Positions 1-9,680 of a stretch of 64,000 nucleotides of DNA are shown here, in pieces. A model generated the notes under the pieces. The model was not told the origin of the DNA and searched no databases. It saw only the letters and a list, made by a program, of their open reading frames with translations. Every line of letters begins with the position of its first letter. Position 1 is the first letter of the stretch. The position numbers were made by a program, and so were the translations under genes. The DNA comes from Candidatus Kaiserbacteria bacterium. Its GTDB lineage: Bacteria; Patescibacteriota; Minisyncoccia; Phycocordibacterales; JABAAK01. The stretch is from the NCBI GenBank assembly GCA_028820405.1, contig JAPPJI010000025.1:609-64608 (forward strand), given 5' to 3'.

Positions 1-1198
1 GAACGGCCCCATATACACCCGTAACATATTTCATGTAGTGATTATCATCTGATCGAACCCCCTTAACTGTATCCAAACGCCATGCATCACTAGCCCCACT
101 TTCGTCCTTCTCCACAAGAACTATCTGATATTTATCAAGATCTTCCAGTACTGAGTGGCTGTGTGTACTAAAAATAATCTGAGCGTTTTTCGGGTTTATC
201 TCTGGATGTATGAACATACTGAATAATTCACGCACCATCTCGGGGTGGAGGTTAACTTCAAACTCATCTATGACGGCAATACCACCATTTTCTAAAACCC
301 TTATAATTACCGCCAACATCATCATGAACTGCTTTGTGCCGGATGACTCAAGTGTTAAGTCAAGACTATACTCTTTTCCATCAAGAGAATGAATTCCTTT
401 TGCATGAAAGACAGATCTACTTCCTGTTTTTTCCTTTCGCACCTCAACACCTGACAAACCGAGGTCAAAGGTAGCAAGATACTTTTCCATTTTTTCTTTT
501 ACACCACTGTTTTTTTCGTACAAGTCAAGTACGGAAAGAAACCTCTCAACACTGTTTAAAACCAGATGATCACCGAACCACCCCGCCTCTGATACATTTG
601 TATAGACATTTGACCAGAATCCCCCTATTTCACGACTCTCACTATGATTAAATTGAATGGCAAGACTGATTGTACTGACGTTACCTCGCAAGGAAGACTC
701 AAAGTTGTCAGGAAGACCGCACTTATTCTTTAACTTATACCTCTTATTTTTCTCGTCCCACATTCGATCAAAAACTAATTTGGTGGACTTCCGATTCGTC
801 ACAAATTCTGTTTTCTCTAACTTTTCAGAGACAATCCTCTCTCTGGTCATAGAAACGGAATAAGAATAGATGATCTTGTCAATTTCAAAAACCACTTCCA
901 TAACTGTCGCTTTTTTTCGAGAACCGTCATCAAGTTCAAACGACTGAAAGGGCAGTGGTGCATCGAGGTCTTGGCTAAAAGAATGTGTTATCAGCCACTG
1001 CAAAAACGGAAGTGCTTTCAAAAGAATGGTCTTCCCAGATGCATTTGAACCAACAACAACCTGAGTTTTTGAAAGGCGGACACCTAACGGTGTGGAAAAG
1101 TAACCTTCTGTTTTGGGTGCATCTCCATTGACCGTGAAATCAATGGACACTTTATTCTTAAAAGAGTAAAAATTCTCACAAGAAAACGAATGTAACAT
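1..1198 (-). CDS. AAA_21/ABC-like ATPase of the abortive-infection/OLD-associated type. Partial: the C-terminus runs off the window start.
   Basis: Manual translation of the minus strand from the ATG at 1198 gives MLHSFSCENFYSFKNKVSIDF.. with a Walker A (VVVGSNASGKT), a Walker B-like VIDEFEVNLHP and IIFSTHS. There is no stop before position 1. The region is AT-richer than the rest of the window. It is absent from the ORF track because it is truncated. Confidence 0.6.
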   Translation of the reverse strand, partial: MLHSFSCENFYSFKNKVSIDFTVNGDAPKTEGYFSTPLGVRLSKTQVVVGSNASGKTILLKALPFLQWLITHSFSQDLDAPLPFQSFELDDGSRKKATVMEVVFEIDKIIYSYSVSMTRERIVSEKLEKTEFVTNRKSTKLVFDRMWDEKNKRYKLKNKCGLPDNFESSLRGNVSTISLAIQFNHSESREIGGFWSNVYTNVSEAGWFGDHLVLNSVERFLSVLDLYEKNSGVKEKMEKYLATFDLGLSGVEVRKEKTGSRSVFHAKGIHSLDGKEYSLDLTLESSGTKQFMMMLAVIIRVLENGGIAVIDEFEVNLHPEMVRELFSMFIHPEINPKNAQIIFSTHSHSVLEDLDKYQIVLVEKDESGASDAWRLDTVKGVRSDDNHYMKYVTGVYGAV

Positions 1199-1412
1199 AG
1201 TGCCTCTAAATATTTATTATATACCAGAATAAATAGAAATAGTCGAGTATTCCACATTTTTTTGTTAAACATCAAGATAATTTAGATTTTTTGAGGTGGT
1301 TATGGGGTATCAGTAATAGAAAGATATCCCATTTCTGGGGCACCTTTCTAACTTATACATTAACAAGATGCCAACTCAAAAAAGACTGTGATATATACTC
1401 TCAAGCATCCCT

Positions 1413-1805
1413 CTAGGCACCCTTGTTTTCCGATACCCTATCAAGATAGCTCTGGAGAATAATGGCCGCTGCTTCAGCATCGGTCCCTTTCCCCAGCCGG
1501 CTCGCCGCCTGTGTTGAAAACTGTTCCGGCTCAAAGACAACCGGCACACTTTTTTTGAGCTGTTTCGCAAGATCACGCACGTCCCGCATGACTTCATTCT
1601 CGTTCCCGTCAAGATCAAGTGACTCTCCGATGACCACTGTTGCAACAGACTGATCAACTGCGATGGCACGAATCTGATCAATGCACGTTGTACGAGAGAG
1701 CACGCCAAACGGGAAAGCAATGGTGCCACCTTCATCTGACAGTGCAACACCGACACGCACCTGTCCAACATCAAGCCCAAGATACCGCATTACCCTTTCA
1801 TACAA
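1413..1805 (-). CDS. ruvX: Holliday junction resolvase-like / pre-16S rRNA nuclease YqgF (RuvX)
   Basis: The motif LGLDVGQVRVGVALSD is typical of YqgF. The protein is about 130 aa. Confidence 0.8.
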   Translation of the reverse strand: MYERVMRYLGLDVGQVRVGVALSDEGGTIAFPFGVLSRTTCIDQIRAIAVDQSVATVVIGESLDLDGNENEVMRDVRDLAKQLKKSVPVVFEPEQFSTQAASRLGKGTDAEAAAIILQSYLDRVSENKGA

Positions 1806-1847
1806 GAAACCGCGGGACAGTGAAACCCCTTTCGTTCAGAGTGCCTG

Positions 1848-2528
1848 CTACTCTTCTGTTTCGTCAATGCGAACAAACCCGAGAACGTACGCTGAAACCG
1901 TCGGGTCGCCGTAGAATTGGTTGTGGTGGTCAACAACATCCCCCGATATCACACCGTTATCAACGTTTTCTTCGCCGCGTGACGGATCAAACTGCCCACC
2001 GGGGAATCCGGAACCAATAGGGCTGTTTAGCTCAGTCCCTATGTCGAGAATCTCAGTCCAATAGGTGTTGATTGAATCTGCCTCACCGCTGTTACTCCCT
2101 TGATACATAACGTCACTCAGTGGCACAGAATTGAGCCAGACAACACCGTCATTCGTCTGCACAATCATTGCCATGTACGTTAACCGGACATTTTCCATGC
2201 CTTCGTCTATCGATCCGACACCCACGCTCTTTTCGCCTCCCGGTTTAATGTGACCGACATCAATGATACGATAGACGTCCTCTCGATCGGCAATTGATTC
2301 TTTCAGTGCACTCGGGTCGCCGATTTCTGCAAGGGACTCATATTCCGGCGGTGCAACAAGCCCAATGTGATTCATTGAAAATGAGTCAGCGTGCAACACG
2401 AGCAGACCCGGTGATATGTCGTACTCTGATTCATTCTTCAATTTAACCGATGCCCCGCTTGTTGACGTATAGAGGACGAGGAGGACCGCAAGGATGATTA
2501 ATATAATTAGGAGGACCCACTTTTGCAT
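1848..2528 (-). CDS. hypothetical membrane-anchored/secreted protein
   Basis: The ORF is trimmed to the internal Met at MQKWVLLIILIILAVLLVLY (an N-terminal transmembrane segment). The longer ORF would overlap the recG start. No recognisable domain. Confidence 0.45.
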   Translation of the reverse strand: MQKWVLLIILIILAVLLVLYTSTSGASVKLKNESEYDISPGLLVLHADSFSMNHIGLVAPPEYESLAEIGDPSALKESIADREDVYRIIDVGHIKPGGEKSVGVGSIDEGMENVRLTYMAMIVQTNDGVVWLNSVPLSDVMYQGSNSGEADSINTYWTEILDIGTELNSPIGSGFPGGQFDPSRGEENVDNGVISGDVVDHHNQFYGDPTVSAYVLGFVRIDETEE

Positions 2529-2627
2529 AAATAAAAAGGTAGTTGATAAAACGTGTTGTGCAATACAACGAACCCCGCATCTGACAAGGCTGTCAATAGT
2601 ATACAAGGCAAAGGATATACTGGAGAC

Positions 2628-4718
2628 ATGCAATCCACAACGCCTATCGGTGACTGCTTTCCCGGGACTCGAAAACAGCAACGAAACGCGTTAGAACGAC
2701 TCGGCATCCACACTGCACGCGACCTCCTCTACCACTTCCCGAACCGATACATCAATTTTGCAGACGGCGGACAATCCGGCGGAACTATCACCGGAACTAT
2801 CACCGGCATACACAAGCGTCGAACCGGCGGAAAACGGCGTGTCATGGTGGCTGAAGCAACAATTGTTGCTCAGGGCGAGCGAGTACGGGCACTCTGGTTT
2901 CACCAGCCGTACATCGCAACGAAGTACGCAAAAGGAGATGTCGTCACCCTCAATGGCACGTGGTCAGGCAAGAATAAGCCGTATCTTGCCAATCCGATGA
3001 TCACGCATGGAGACGAAACCTCGCAACAGAGCAGAACACCGGACACCCTTACCCCCCTATACCCGGAAACACACGGCATATCCTCCCGATGGCTGCAGAC
3101 AAAGATTGAGGAACTGCTTCGTGACGATGCAATTAAGAACATAGAAGACCCGATACCGGAGGATGTTCGGAAACGACTCCGTCTTCCCCGCCTTTATGAT
3201 GCCCTCCTCCTCACCCACAAACCGAGGACGACGAATGACCATGAAGTCGCGAAGAAGCGGTTTGTCTTTGAGCAGGTTTTCCTGCTCCAAATCCGCCAAC
3301 ATCTCACAAAACACACACGGATGCAGCGATCTGCGTTCCCGGTACCTGCCAGCATACAATCTGCCCATGCGTTTATGAAAAGCACCTTTTCATTCACCCC
3401 GACAAAGGGGCAGCGGCGGGCTGTCAGCGACATTATCCGAGACATTAAGAAGAAAAAACCCATGGCACGACTTCTTGAAGGTGATGTCGGCTCAGGAAAA
3501 ACAGCGGTAGCCGCCGCCGTTGCGTACGGCGTCGTCACGAGCACCACGGACAGCAATCGACCGCAGGTCGCATACCTTGCTCCTACCGATATCCTCGCAC
3601 GGCAGCAGTTTGAAACATTTGTTGACCTTTTCAAAACAATGCCGGTACACGTCGGCTTTTTGAGCGGAAAAATCTGTCGTAAGTTTCCGTCAAAGACACA
3701 ACCGAGCGAAGCAACTGACGTGCCGAAAACTCGCATGAAACGGATGATTGCGAGCGGGGAACTTGATGTCGTCATCGGCACACACGCCGTCATTCAAAAA
3801 GATGTTGCGTTTCGAAACCTCGCCCTCGCCGTTATCGACGAACAGCATCGATTCGGTGTCGCACAGCGGAAACAACTGGTCAGTGCAAGCAGAGACACCC
3901 TGCCCCACCTCCTCTCAATGACCGCAACACCCATTCCCCGCACCCTTGCCCTGACGATGTACGCTGACCTTGACCTCAGTGTGCTCGATGAAATGCCGTC
4001 AGGACGAAAACAGGCGGTAACAAAGGTGCTTGCATCACGGGATAAAGGGGAGGTATACGACCGCATACGACAGGAAATTGATCGGGGACACCAGGCATAC
4101 GTACTCTGCCCCCGCATTGAGGAACACGGATCGTCGCCTATGCGATCCTTGAAGAAAGAGTACCGACACCTCGCAGACAGCGTCTTTCCCGACCGATCAG
4201 TCGCCATGCTGCATGGAAAAATGACACCGAAGGAGCGGGAACATATCGTGGACGCATTCAACGACGGATCTATTGATATTATCGCCTGCACAACGGTGAT
4301 AGAAATTGGGGTAAACGTGCCGAATGCCACCACCATTGCAATCTTGCACGCAGAACGGTTCGGTCTGGCACAACTGCACCAAATCAGGGGACGAGTCACC
4401 AGAAGCACGAAGCAGCCGTACTGCTATGCTGTCACTGACAGCAAAAACGAAGATACGCTTCAACGGCTCCGTGTCTTTGAAGAAACACACAGCGGGTTTG
4501 ACCTTGCGGAACAAGACCTTACCATGCGAGGCAGCGGTGACCTTGCCGGTTTTAGGCAGTCCGGTGTACCGGACATGATCACCGAAGGACTGAAGAATCC
4601 GAAACTGGTCGAATATGCACGAAAAGAAGCCCAGCACATCGTTGCAAAAGATCCGTCCCTTACCGCCTATCCGCTCATTCAAAAACAGATTGACCAGCAA
4701 GCGGCGGAAAACGCCTAG
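2628..4718 (+). CDS. recG: ATP-dependent DNA helicase RecG
   Basis: It has the RecG wedge domain, helicase motifs GSGKT and DEQHRFGV, and a C-terminal TRG region. The start is set at MQSTTPIGD. Confidence 0.9.
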   Translation: MQSTTPIGDCFPGTRKQQRNALERLGIHTARDLLYHFPNRYINFADGGQSGGTITGTITGIHKRRTGGKRRVMVAEATIVAQGERVRALWFHQPYIATKYAKGDVVTLNGTWSGKNKPYLANPMITHGDETSQQSRTPDTLTPLYPETHGISSRWLQTKIEELLRDDAIKNIEDPIPEDVRKRLRLPRLYDALLLTHKPRTTNDHEVAKKRFVFEQVFLLQIRQHLTKHTRMQRSAFPVPASIQSAHAFMKSTFSFTPTKGQRRAVSDIIRDIKKKKPMARLLEGDVGSGKTAVAAAVAYGVVTSTTDSNRPQVAYLAPTDILARQQFETFVDLFKTMPVHVGFLSGKICRKFPSKTQPSEATDVPKTRMKRMIASGELDVVIGTHAVIQKDVAFRNLALAVIDEQHRFGVAQRKQLVSASRDTLPHLLSMTATPIPRTLALTMYADLDLSVLDEMPSGRKQAVTKVLASRDKGEVYDRIRQEIDRGHQAYVLCPRIEEHGSSPMRSLKKEYRHLADSVFPDRSVAMLHGKMTPKEREHIVDAFNDGSIDIIACTTVIEIGVNVPNATTIAILHAERFGLAQLHQIRGRVTRSTKQPYCYAVTDSKNEDTLQRLRVFEETHSGFDLAEQDLTMRGSGDLAGFRQSGVPDMITEGLKNPKLVEYARKEAQHIVAKDPSLTAYPLIQKQIDQQAAENA

Positions 4719-4753
4719 CACACCTTGCAAAAAACACGCTACTATGGAGAAGT

Positions 4754-5722
4754 ATGCGAAAGGGTAACAGTCTCGCTATCGGCATCTTTTTTGCACTCTG
4801 TGTCGGCGTCGGTCTCTTTCTGTGGACGCAAAACAGTACACCTCTGTCACCAGAGAACCCGGGTCGCTTTGCACAGTACGATCTCGCCACTGACACAACG
4901 CTCGCATCAATCAATCTCAATGATGTTCTCTCCGGCGGTGTCAGAAAAGACGGCATCCCCGCTATCACCGATCCGGTCTTTCTCCCGCTCGCAGAAACAG
5001 ATGTGCGGGAGAGTGCCCGAGGCATCCTCGTACAACACAACGGCATGAGCCGATTTTATCCATACAGTATTTTGGTGTGGCATGAGATTGTTAACGACAC
5101 ATTGGATGACCTGTCAATCGCCGTCACCTACTGCCCACTCTGTGATTCAGCACTGGTGTTTGACCGGTTGGTGCAAGGAACTCTGCTCCAGTTTGGTGTG
5201 AGCGGACTGCTCTTTGAGTCAAACCTTCTCATGTACGACACGGCAACCGAATCATTGTGGTCACAATCAAACCGTCGTTCCGTCGTCGGCACCTACACCG
5301 GCACTGAACTCTCTCTCGTTCCGTTCCAAGTGCTGAGACTCAGCGAGGTGCGAGAAAAATACCCGACAACAGAGGTGCTCAGCACCGACACCGGATACGC
5401 CAGAAACTACGGCGACACGCCCTATGACGGCTATACCGACACCGAGCAGACGCTCTTCCCGATATCGATAACAGACAAACGGTTTCCGGCGAAAGATATT
5501 TTTTATGTCATTCCGTTCAGGGGACGATCACTCGCAGCTCGGTACCACGATATTTCTGAAGGGACGACGTCGTTTTCAGTCGATTCATTCGCCATCACCA
5601 TCACCCGGGACGGCGATGAGATTGTTGCACAACATGGCAACGAATTACTCCCCGGATATTTTGAACTATGGTTCTCTTGGGCAGTCCACCACCAGGATGA
5701 CGGTGTTGTTCTCAGGCAGTAG
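4754..5722 (+). CDS. secreted DUF3179-like protein
   Basis: It has an N-terminal signal/transmembrane segment. The motifs DGIPAITDP, YCPLCDSA and LLMYD resemble the DUF3179 family. The assignment is from memory. Confidence 0.45.
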   Translation: MRKGNSLAIGIFFALCVGVGLFLWTQNSTPLSPENPGRFAQYDLATDTTLASINLNDVLSGGVRKDGIPAITDPVFLPLAETDVRESARGILVQHNGMSRFYPYSILVWHEIVNDTLDDLSIAVTYCPLCDSALVFDRLVQGTLLQFGVSGLLFESNLLMYDTATESLWSQSNRRSVVGTYTGTELSLVPFQVLRLSEVREKYPTTEVLSTDTGYARNYGDTPYDGYTDTEQTLFPISITDKRFPAKDIFYVIPFRGRSLAARYHDISEGTTSFSVDSFAITITRDGDEIVAQHGNELLPGYFELWFSWAVHHQDDGVVLRQ

Positions 5723-5745
5723 CGGATCGTGTATACTGTGAGTAT

Positions 5746-6306
5746 ATGACGACAACAAAAATCATTATTATTCTTCTTATTGCCGGTGCCGTTATCGGAT
5801 CCATTCTCTATAGCGGACAAGATTATGAACCTGGAGTAGTTGAGGACGTGCAACTACTCAGAGAGGATACTCAAGGAAATGAAACCGAAGCAGTGCTCTC
5901 CTTTGAGGAAGAGGTCCCTGACGCTGTGTCAGATTCGGAAGACCTCTCACTCCTCAATGAGGACGCTGCTAGCCCTGCATCAGAAACGGAATCCGTGCTT
6001 GAAGACGACATTCCGGCAAATTTGACCGCAGCCCTTCAAGAAGGGACGCCCGTGCTCTTCTTTCACGCCTCATGGTGTCCAACTTGCCGTGCACTTGCAA
6101 AAGAGCTAGAAGAGCGATCTGACGAAATCCCTTCCAACATCAGTGTTGTTACCGTTGACTACGATTCTGAGAAAGAACTTCGAAGGCGGTATAACATTAC
6201 CCGCCAGCACACCCTCGTCGTTCTCGACAGCAACCTGGAACAGGTCGGACCATCCTGGGAAGGTGGTGGTGTTGACGAGATTCTTAATCGATTCGGAGTT
6301 GAGTAG
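5746..6306 (+). CDS. membrane-anchored thioredoxin-family protein (CxxC)
   Basis: It has an N-terminal transmembrane segment, an acidic linker, and an FFHASWCPTCR thioredoxin active site. Confidence 0.7.
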   Translation: MTTTKIIIILLIAGAVIGSILYSGQDYEPGVVEDVQLLREDTQGNETEAVLSFEEEVPDAVSDSEDLSLLNEDAASPASETESVLEDDIPANLTAALQEGTPVLFFHASWCPTCRALAKELEERSDEIPSNISVVTVDYDSEKELRRRYNITRQHTLVVLDSNLEQVGPSWEGGGVDEILNRFGVE

Positions 6307-6312
6307 TGGGGT

Positions 6313-7020
6313 ATGTTCTCACTGTTGATTGCGTCCTTTGTTGCGGGGTTTTTAACTATTCTTGCACCGTGCCTGCTCCCGCTCGTCCCCGCCGTTATCG
6401 GCAGTGCCGCCTCAGGTGAATCGAGGAGAAGTCCGTTTCTGACCATTGCGTCACTCCTCGTTGCGATTATCATCGTCACCGTTATCATACAAATTGTCCC
6501 CTCCCTCTTCTACGTTCCCAGTGAGTTCTGGAACTACCTTGCCGCCATCCTCATCTTCTTTGTCGGACTCGCCTTCGTCGTTCCCCAGGTGTGGTCAAAG
6601 ATTCCTTTTGTTGCAACATCCGCAACCGGAAGCAGCCGTCTGCTCGGCAGACTTATGCAACGATCCGGACCGTCAGCTGACATTACAGTCGGTGCCGCTT
6701 TAGCTCCGGCATTCACCTCCTGTTCCCCAACCTATCTTCTCATCATTGCCGTCATTTTACCGGCAAGTTTCTTGCAGGGACTCCTCTACCTCACCGCCTA
6801 CGTACTCGGTCTCGGTACCGTTCTCATCGGTATTGCCCTGATCGGACGATCCTTGCTGCAAAAACTTGACCTCCTCTCTCACGGCTGGTTCAAAATATCC
6901 ATCGGTGTCATCCTTATCGGTACGAGCATCATCATTGCAACCGGCTTGGAGAAATCATTTGCGACATTCCTCCTCGACAGAGGGTTCTTTGATGTCACGA
7001 CACTGGAACTTATTGATTAA
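6313..7020 (+). CDS. ccdA: CcdA/DsbD-family thiol-disulfide electron-transfer membrane protein
   Basis: It is polytopic, with conserved Cys in LAPCLLP and FTSCSP, as in CcdA. Confidence 0.75.
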   Translation: MFSLLIASFVAGFLTILAPCLLPLVPAVIGSAASGESRRSPFLTIASLLVAIIIVTVIIQIVPSLFYVPSEFWNYLAAILIFFVGLAFVVPQVWSKIPFVATSATGSSRLLGRLMQRSGPSADITVGAALAPAFTSCSPTYLLIIAVILPASFLQGLLYLTAYVLGLGTVLIGIALIGRSLLQKLDLLSHGWFKISIGVILIGTSIIIATGLEKSFATFLLDRGFFDVTTLELID

Positions 7021-7030
7021 CTAACACAAA

Positions 7031-7063
7031 GAAAAAACCGCACTGTTGTGCGGTCTCTTCTCA
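7031..7063. terminator. bidirectional Rho-independent terminator between ccdA and the convergent gene
   Basis: The hairpin ACCGCAC-tgttg-GTGCGGT is flanked by an A-run on one side and a T-rich tract on the other. Confidence 0.5.
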
Positions 7064-7082
7064 ATTAGAACAGAGGTACAGC

Positions 7083-7658
7083 CTACGGTGTTCGGTCACC
7101 GACTCGTTCTACATATGATGCGATTTCGTTCTTCACGCCAACAATGGTACTCTCCAAAGCCTGTGCCATACCCTGTTCGGTGATGTACAGACCACTCTGC
7201 GAGTCACGGTATACCGGACCATCCACCTCATCAAAGTCACTTGAGAGAATAATCTCTCCTGTGTGCTTGTGCATGAGACCGGTGCCTGGTACCTCTTCAA
7301 GGTACTCTTCAGCAACATAAGTACCGGTCAGCCTGTTCAGGTATATTGTTCCGAGTAGCGGCCTGAAGTTTCGTGCAACGTATTCCGTGCCGGTCTTTCT
7401 GTGTCGCAAAATACGATCTTGAATGATGTCAACATTTGCAATGCTCGAGAGTACGTTGTTGACTCCGATAGGCAGTCCGTTTGAGTGCATCGGACAGTGC
7501 ACACCGAAGTATGCACAGAGGTACATCGCATCGACACTTCTTCGATCATCACTTAATTCGACAGCCACTGCAGGCGATACGGTTGCTGTTAACAAAGTGG
7601 CAACGAATATTGCAGCAACACCGAGTGCGAGTAATTGTATTGATACGGTCGTTTTCAT
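7083..7658 (-). CDS. hypothetical secreted protein
   Basis: The signal peptide is MKTTVSIQLLALGVAAIFVATLLTATVSPAVA. It contains a CAYFGVHCPMH Cys/His motif. No recognisable family. Confidence 0.5.
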   Translation of the reverse strand: MKTTVSIQLLALGVAAIFVATLLTATVSPAVAVELSDDRRSVDAMYLCAYFGVHCPMHSNGLPIGVNNVLSSIANVDIIQDRILRHRKTGTEYVARNFRPLLGTIYLNRLTGTYVAEEYLEEVPGTGLMHKHTGEIILSSDFDEVDGPVYRDSQSGLYITEQGMAQALESTIVGVKNEIASYVERVGDRTP

Positions 7659-7757
7659 AATAAAGGTAGGTAATTTAATATTTACGGACGAGCAAAACAC
7701 ATCCTTTTTGTAGTATACAACGTAACCAGTAGATGAAATATGCAACTGTATATGACG

Positions 7758-8444
7758 TTAAAATTCTACAGAATAGTAGTCGGTATCTGACAGATCTTCC
7801 AAGCTCAAGAGGACCTTTTCCCGTCTTGGATTCCCGTCCGAATTACGAAAACCTCTTTGAAAAGAACCGGCATGATCCAATGTTTCCTTGTTTACCCTTA
7901 TGAACACTATCTGCTTCAATGAAAATCTTGTTTTTCGCGGTCGGGACCATGCTCCCCTCTTTTTCCTCTGTTTCTCGTATTCTGATTCTCCTCCTTTTAG
8001 TGCACGGTGCCACTTCTTAAATGTTTCATTTTCGTCATTGTACTCTACATCACCAATTGCCATGATAACTCCGATCGCCCCATAGTCATTGACGGCACGT
8101 TCAATCGCTTCACGATCATTTATGACAACGGTATGATTACTTGTGTTGGTTGCATGAGCCTTGTAGTCCCACGGTATTTCAAAAAATCCATCAAATTGAA
8201 CATTGTTGTATGATCCTTTTTCGTCTTTAACCATCATAAGTATCAAGGGATCACCGTCTTTTGCGGAGAGAAATTTCTCACACAGAAATTCAAAGTAGAA
8301 ACCCATCCATTCCATCTGTTTCCAGTGTCGAAACCCGCTCTCTTTCATCTCAAGGATCGCCTGTTTTCCATCCCATTCCCGAGGAATCTCCTGCAGTAGT
8401 GCAGCAAGACTTTTTGCAATTTTCTCAAACGCTGTATATTCCAT
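7758..8444 (-). CDS. putative type II restriction endonuclease (PD-(D/E)xK-like), partner of the adjacent methyltransferase
   Basis: It lies immediately downstream of the MTase on the same strand with a 9-nt gap. It has an FDG...EIPWDYK D-x-K-like motif and AT-richer codon usage. No specific family is recognised. Confidence 0.5.
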   Translation of the reverse strand: MEYTAFEKIAKSLAALLQEIPREWDGKQAILEMKESGFRHWKQMEWMGFYFEFLCEKFLSAKDGDPLILMMVKDEKGSYNNVQFDGFFEIPWDYKAHATNTSNHTVVINDREAIERAVNDYGAIGVIMAIGDVEYNDENETFKKWHRALKGGESEYEKQRKKRGAWSRPRKTRFSLKQIVFIRVNKETLDHAGSFQRGFRNSDGNPRREKVLLSLEDLSDTDYYSVEF

Positions 8445-8453
8445 ACACCCCTG

Positions 8454-9227
8454 CTACACGGCATTGTCTATTCGCTTGTTCGCAAAATCAACATATTCTT
8501 TTACAACCTCAAAGCCAAGGTATTGTCTGTTCATATTTTTTGCACACACTGCGGTAGTGCCGCTCCCCATGAACGGGTCCAAGACAATGTCACCTTCGTT
8601 GCTTCCGTACGCAATGAGCTTGCTGACCAACTCTTCAGGCAGCCGCGTTGGTGTCTTCACCTTGTTAGCCCAATACTCCCTCTTTATCACCAGCACATCT
8701 TCGGGATAGTGGTCGATTTTATTGAATACATAGTTTTTCTTATCCTTCACCAAAAAGAGGATGTGGTAGTGACTCGTCACAAACTTCTTTTTCGTGAACA
8801 CGCCAAATTGGTACTTCCAAATCAGGTGGTTAATCGTCTCCAGCCCGACATCCTCGACTGCGTTTAAGATGTCCCGCAAGTTGCTCCAACCGGAAACCAG
8901 AAAAATTGAACCGTTGTCAGATAACACTCGCTTGCACTCTTTCAGCCACTCACACGTAAAGTCAAAATACTCCTCCCGCTTTATCTCATTATACCCCTGT
9001 AACACATTCTCACTCTTCCTATTGTATTGACTGCCGACTTTTTGAAAATCTATCGCAAATGGCGGATCGGTAACGATCAAATTGATAAACCTGTCCTCAA
9101 TGTTACACAACCCAGACCTGCAGTCCTCATTAAAAATTACATCCGCCACCTTCTTGGAACAGAGACCTGTCCCCTCTTTTGATTTCTGTTTTGTCTCTAC
9201 GGCAGAAAAAAGGGTTTTGTTACTCAC
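8454..9227 (-). CDS. beta-class DNA methyltransferase, N6-adenine or N4-cytosine
   Basis: Motif IV TDPPF precedes motif I DPFMGSGTT, which is the beta-class order. The region is AT-richer than its flanks. Confidence 0.85.
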   Translation of the reverse strand: MSNKTLFSAVETKQKSKEGTGLCSKKVADVIFNEDCRSGLCNIEDRFINLIVTDPPFAIDFQKVGSQYNRKSENVLQGYNEIKREEYFDFTCEWLKECKRVLSDNGSIFLVSGWSNLRDILNAVEDVGLETINHLIWKYQFGVFTKKKFVTSHYHILFLVKDKKNYVFNKIDHYPEDVLVIKREYWANKVKTPTRLPEELVSKLIAYGSNEGDIVLDPFMGSGTTAVCAKNMNRQYLGFEVVKEYVDFANKRIDNAV

Positions 9228-9503
9228 ACTACCAGTATACCCTCCGACCAGGCGAGGGTGTGTTCCTTTACGATATTTTCCCGGTTAAGCAATTCACAAA
9301 AAACAAATTGACAGAGGTGAAAAAGAGAAGGTGCACTACGCCATACTTGATCGTATTAGACCAGCGACACATATCCGATGAACACCCTCCTTGCAGAGGG
9401 TGTCCCTCATTTACCTTAACTACAAATTACCCACCCCACCACAACACCTTTTACCTCGTGTCCTTCATAAATCATACTATGTGCATAGACGAACGAGGTA
9501 CCG

Positions 9504-9539
9504 GACCCATCAGGTAATCTGGGTCTCTTTTATTTTTTT
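9504..9539 (+). terminator. plus-strand Rho-independent terminator-like hairpin with no obvious upstream gene
   Basis: The hairpin GACCCA-tcaggtaatc-TGGGTC is followed by TCTTTTATTTTTTT. Confidence 0.35.
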
Positions 9540-9556
9540 CACCAACCTCCACCAAG

Positions 9557-9629
9557 TCCACCCGCCTGGACTCGAACCAGGAACCACGTGTGTATAAGAC
9601 ACGCGCTCTACCAATTGAGCTACAGGTGG
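9557..9629 (-). tRNA. tRNA-Ile with anticodon UAU. CCA is not encoded.
   Basis: The hand fold gives acceptor CCACCTG/CGGGTGG, D arm GCTC-AATTGGTA-GAGC, anticodon stem CGTGT/ACACG with loop CTTATAC, T arm CCTGG-TTCGAGT-CCAGG, and discriminator A. Confidence 0.6.
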
Positions 9630-9680
9630 TACCTGTATGATAACGTAAAAAGGAAAGCGTGGTACAGTGCATGCATCTCT

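Noticed and set aside
9588-9680. GTG-initiated N-terminal extension of dcd overlapping tRNA-Ile
   Set aside because: The family-conserved N-terminus begins at the ATG at 9681 (MALSDKRIL). The extension overlaps the tRNA gene.
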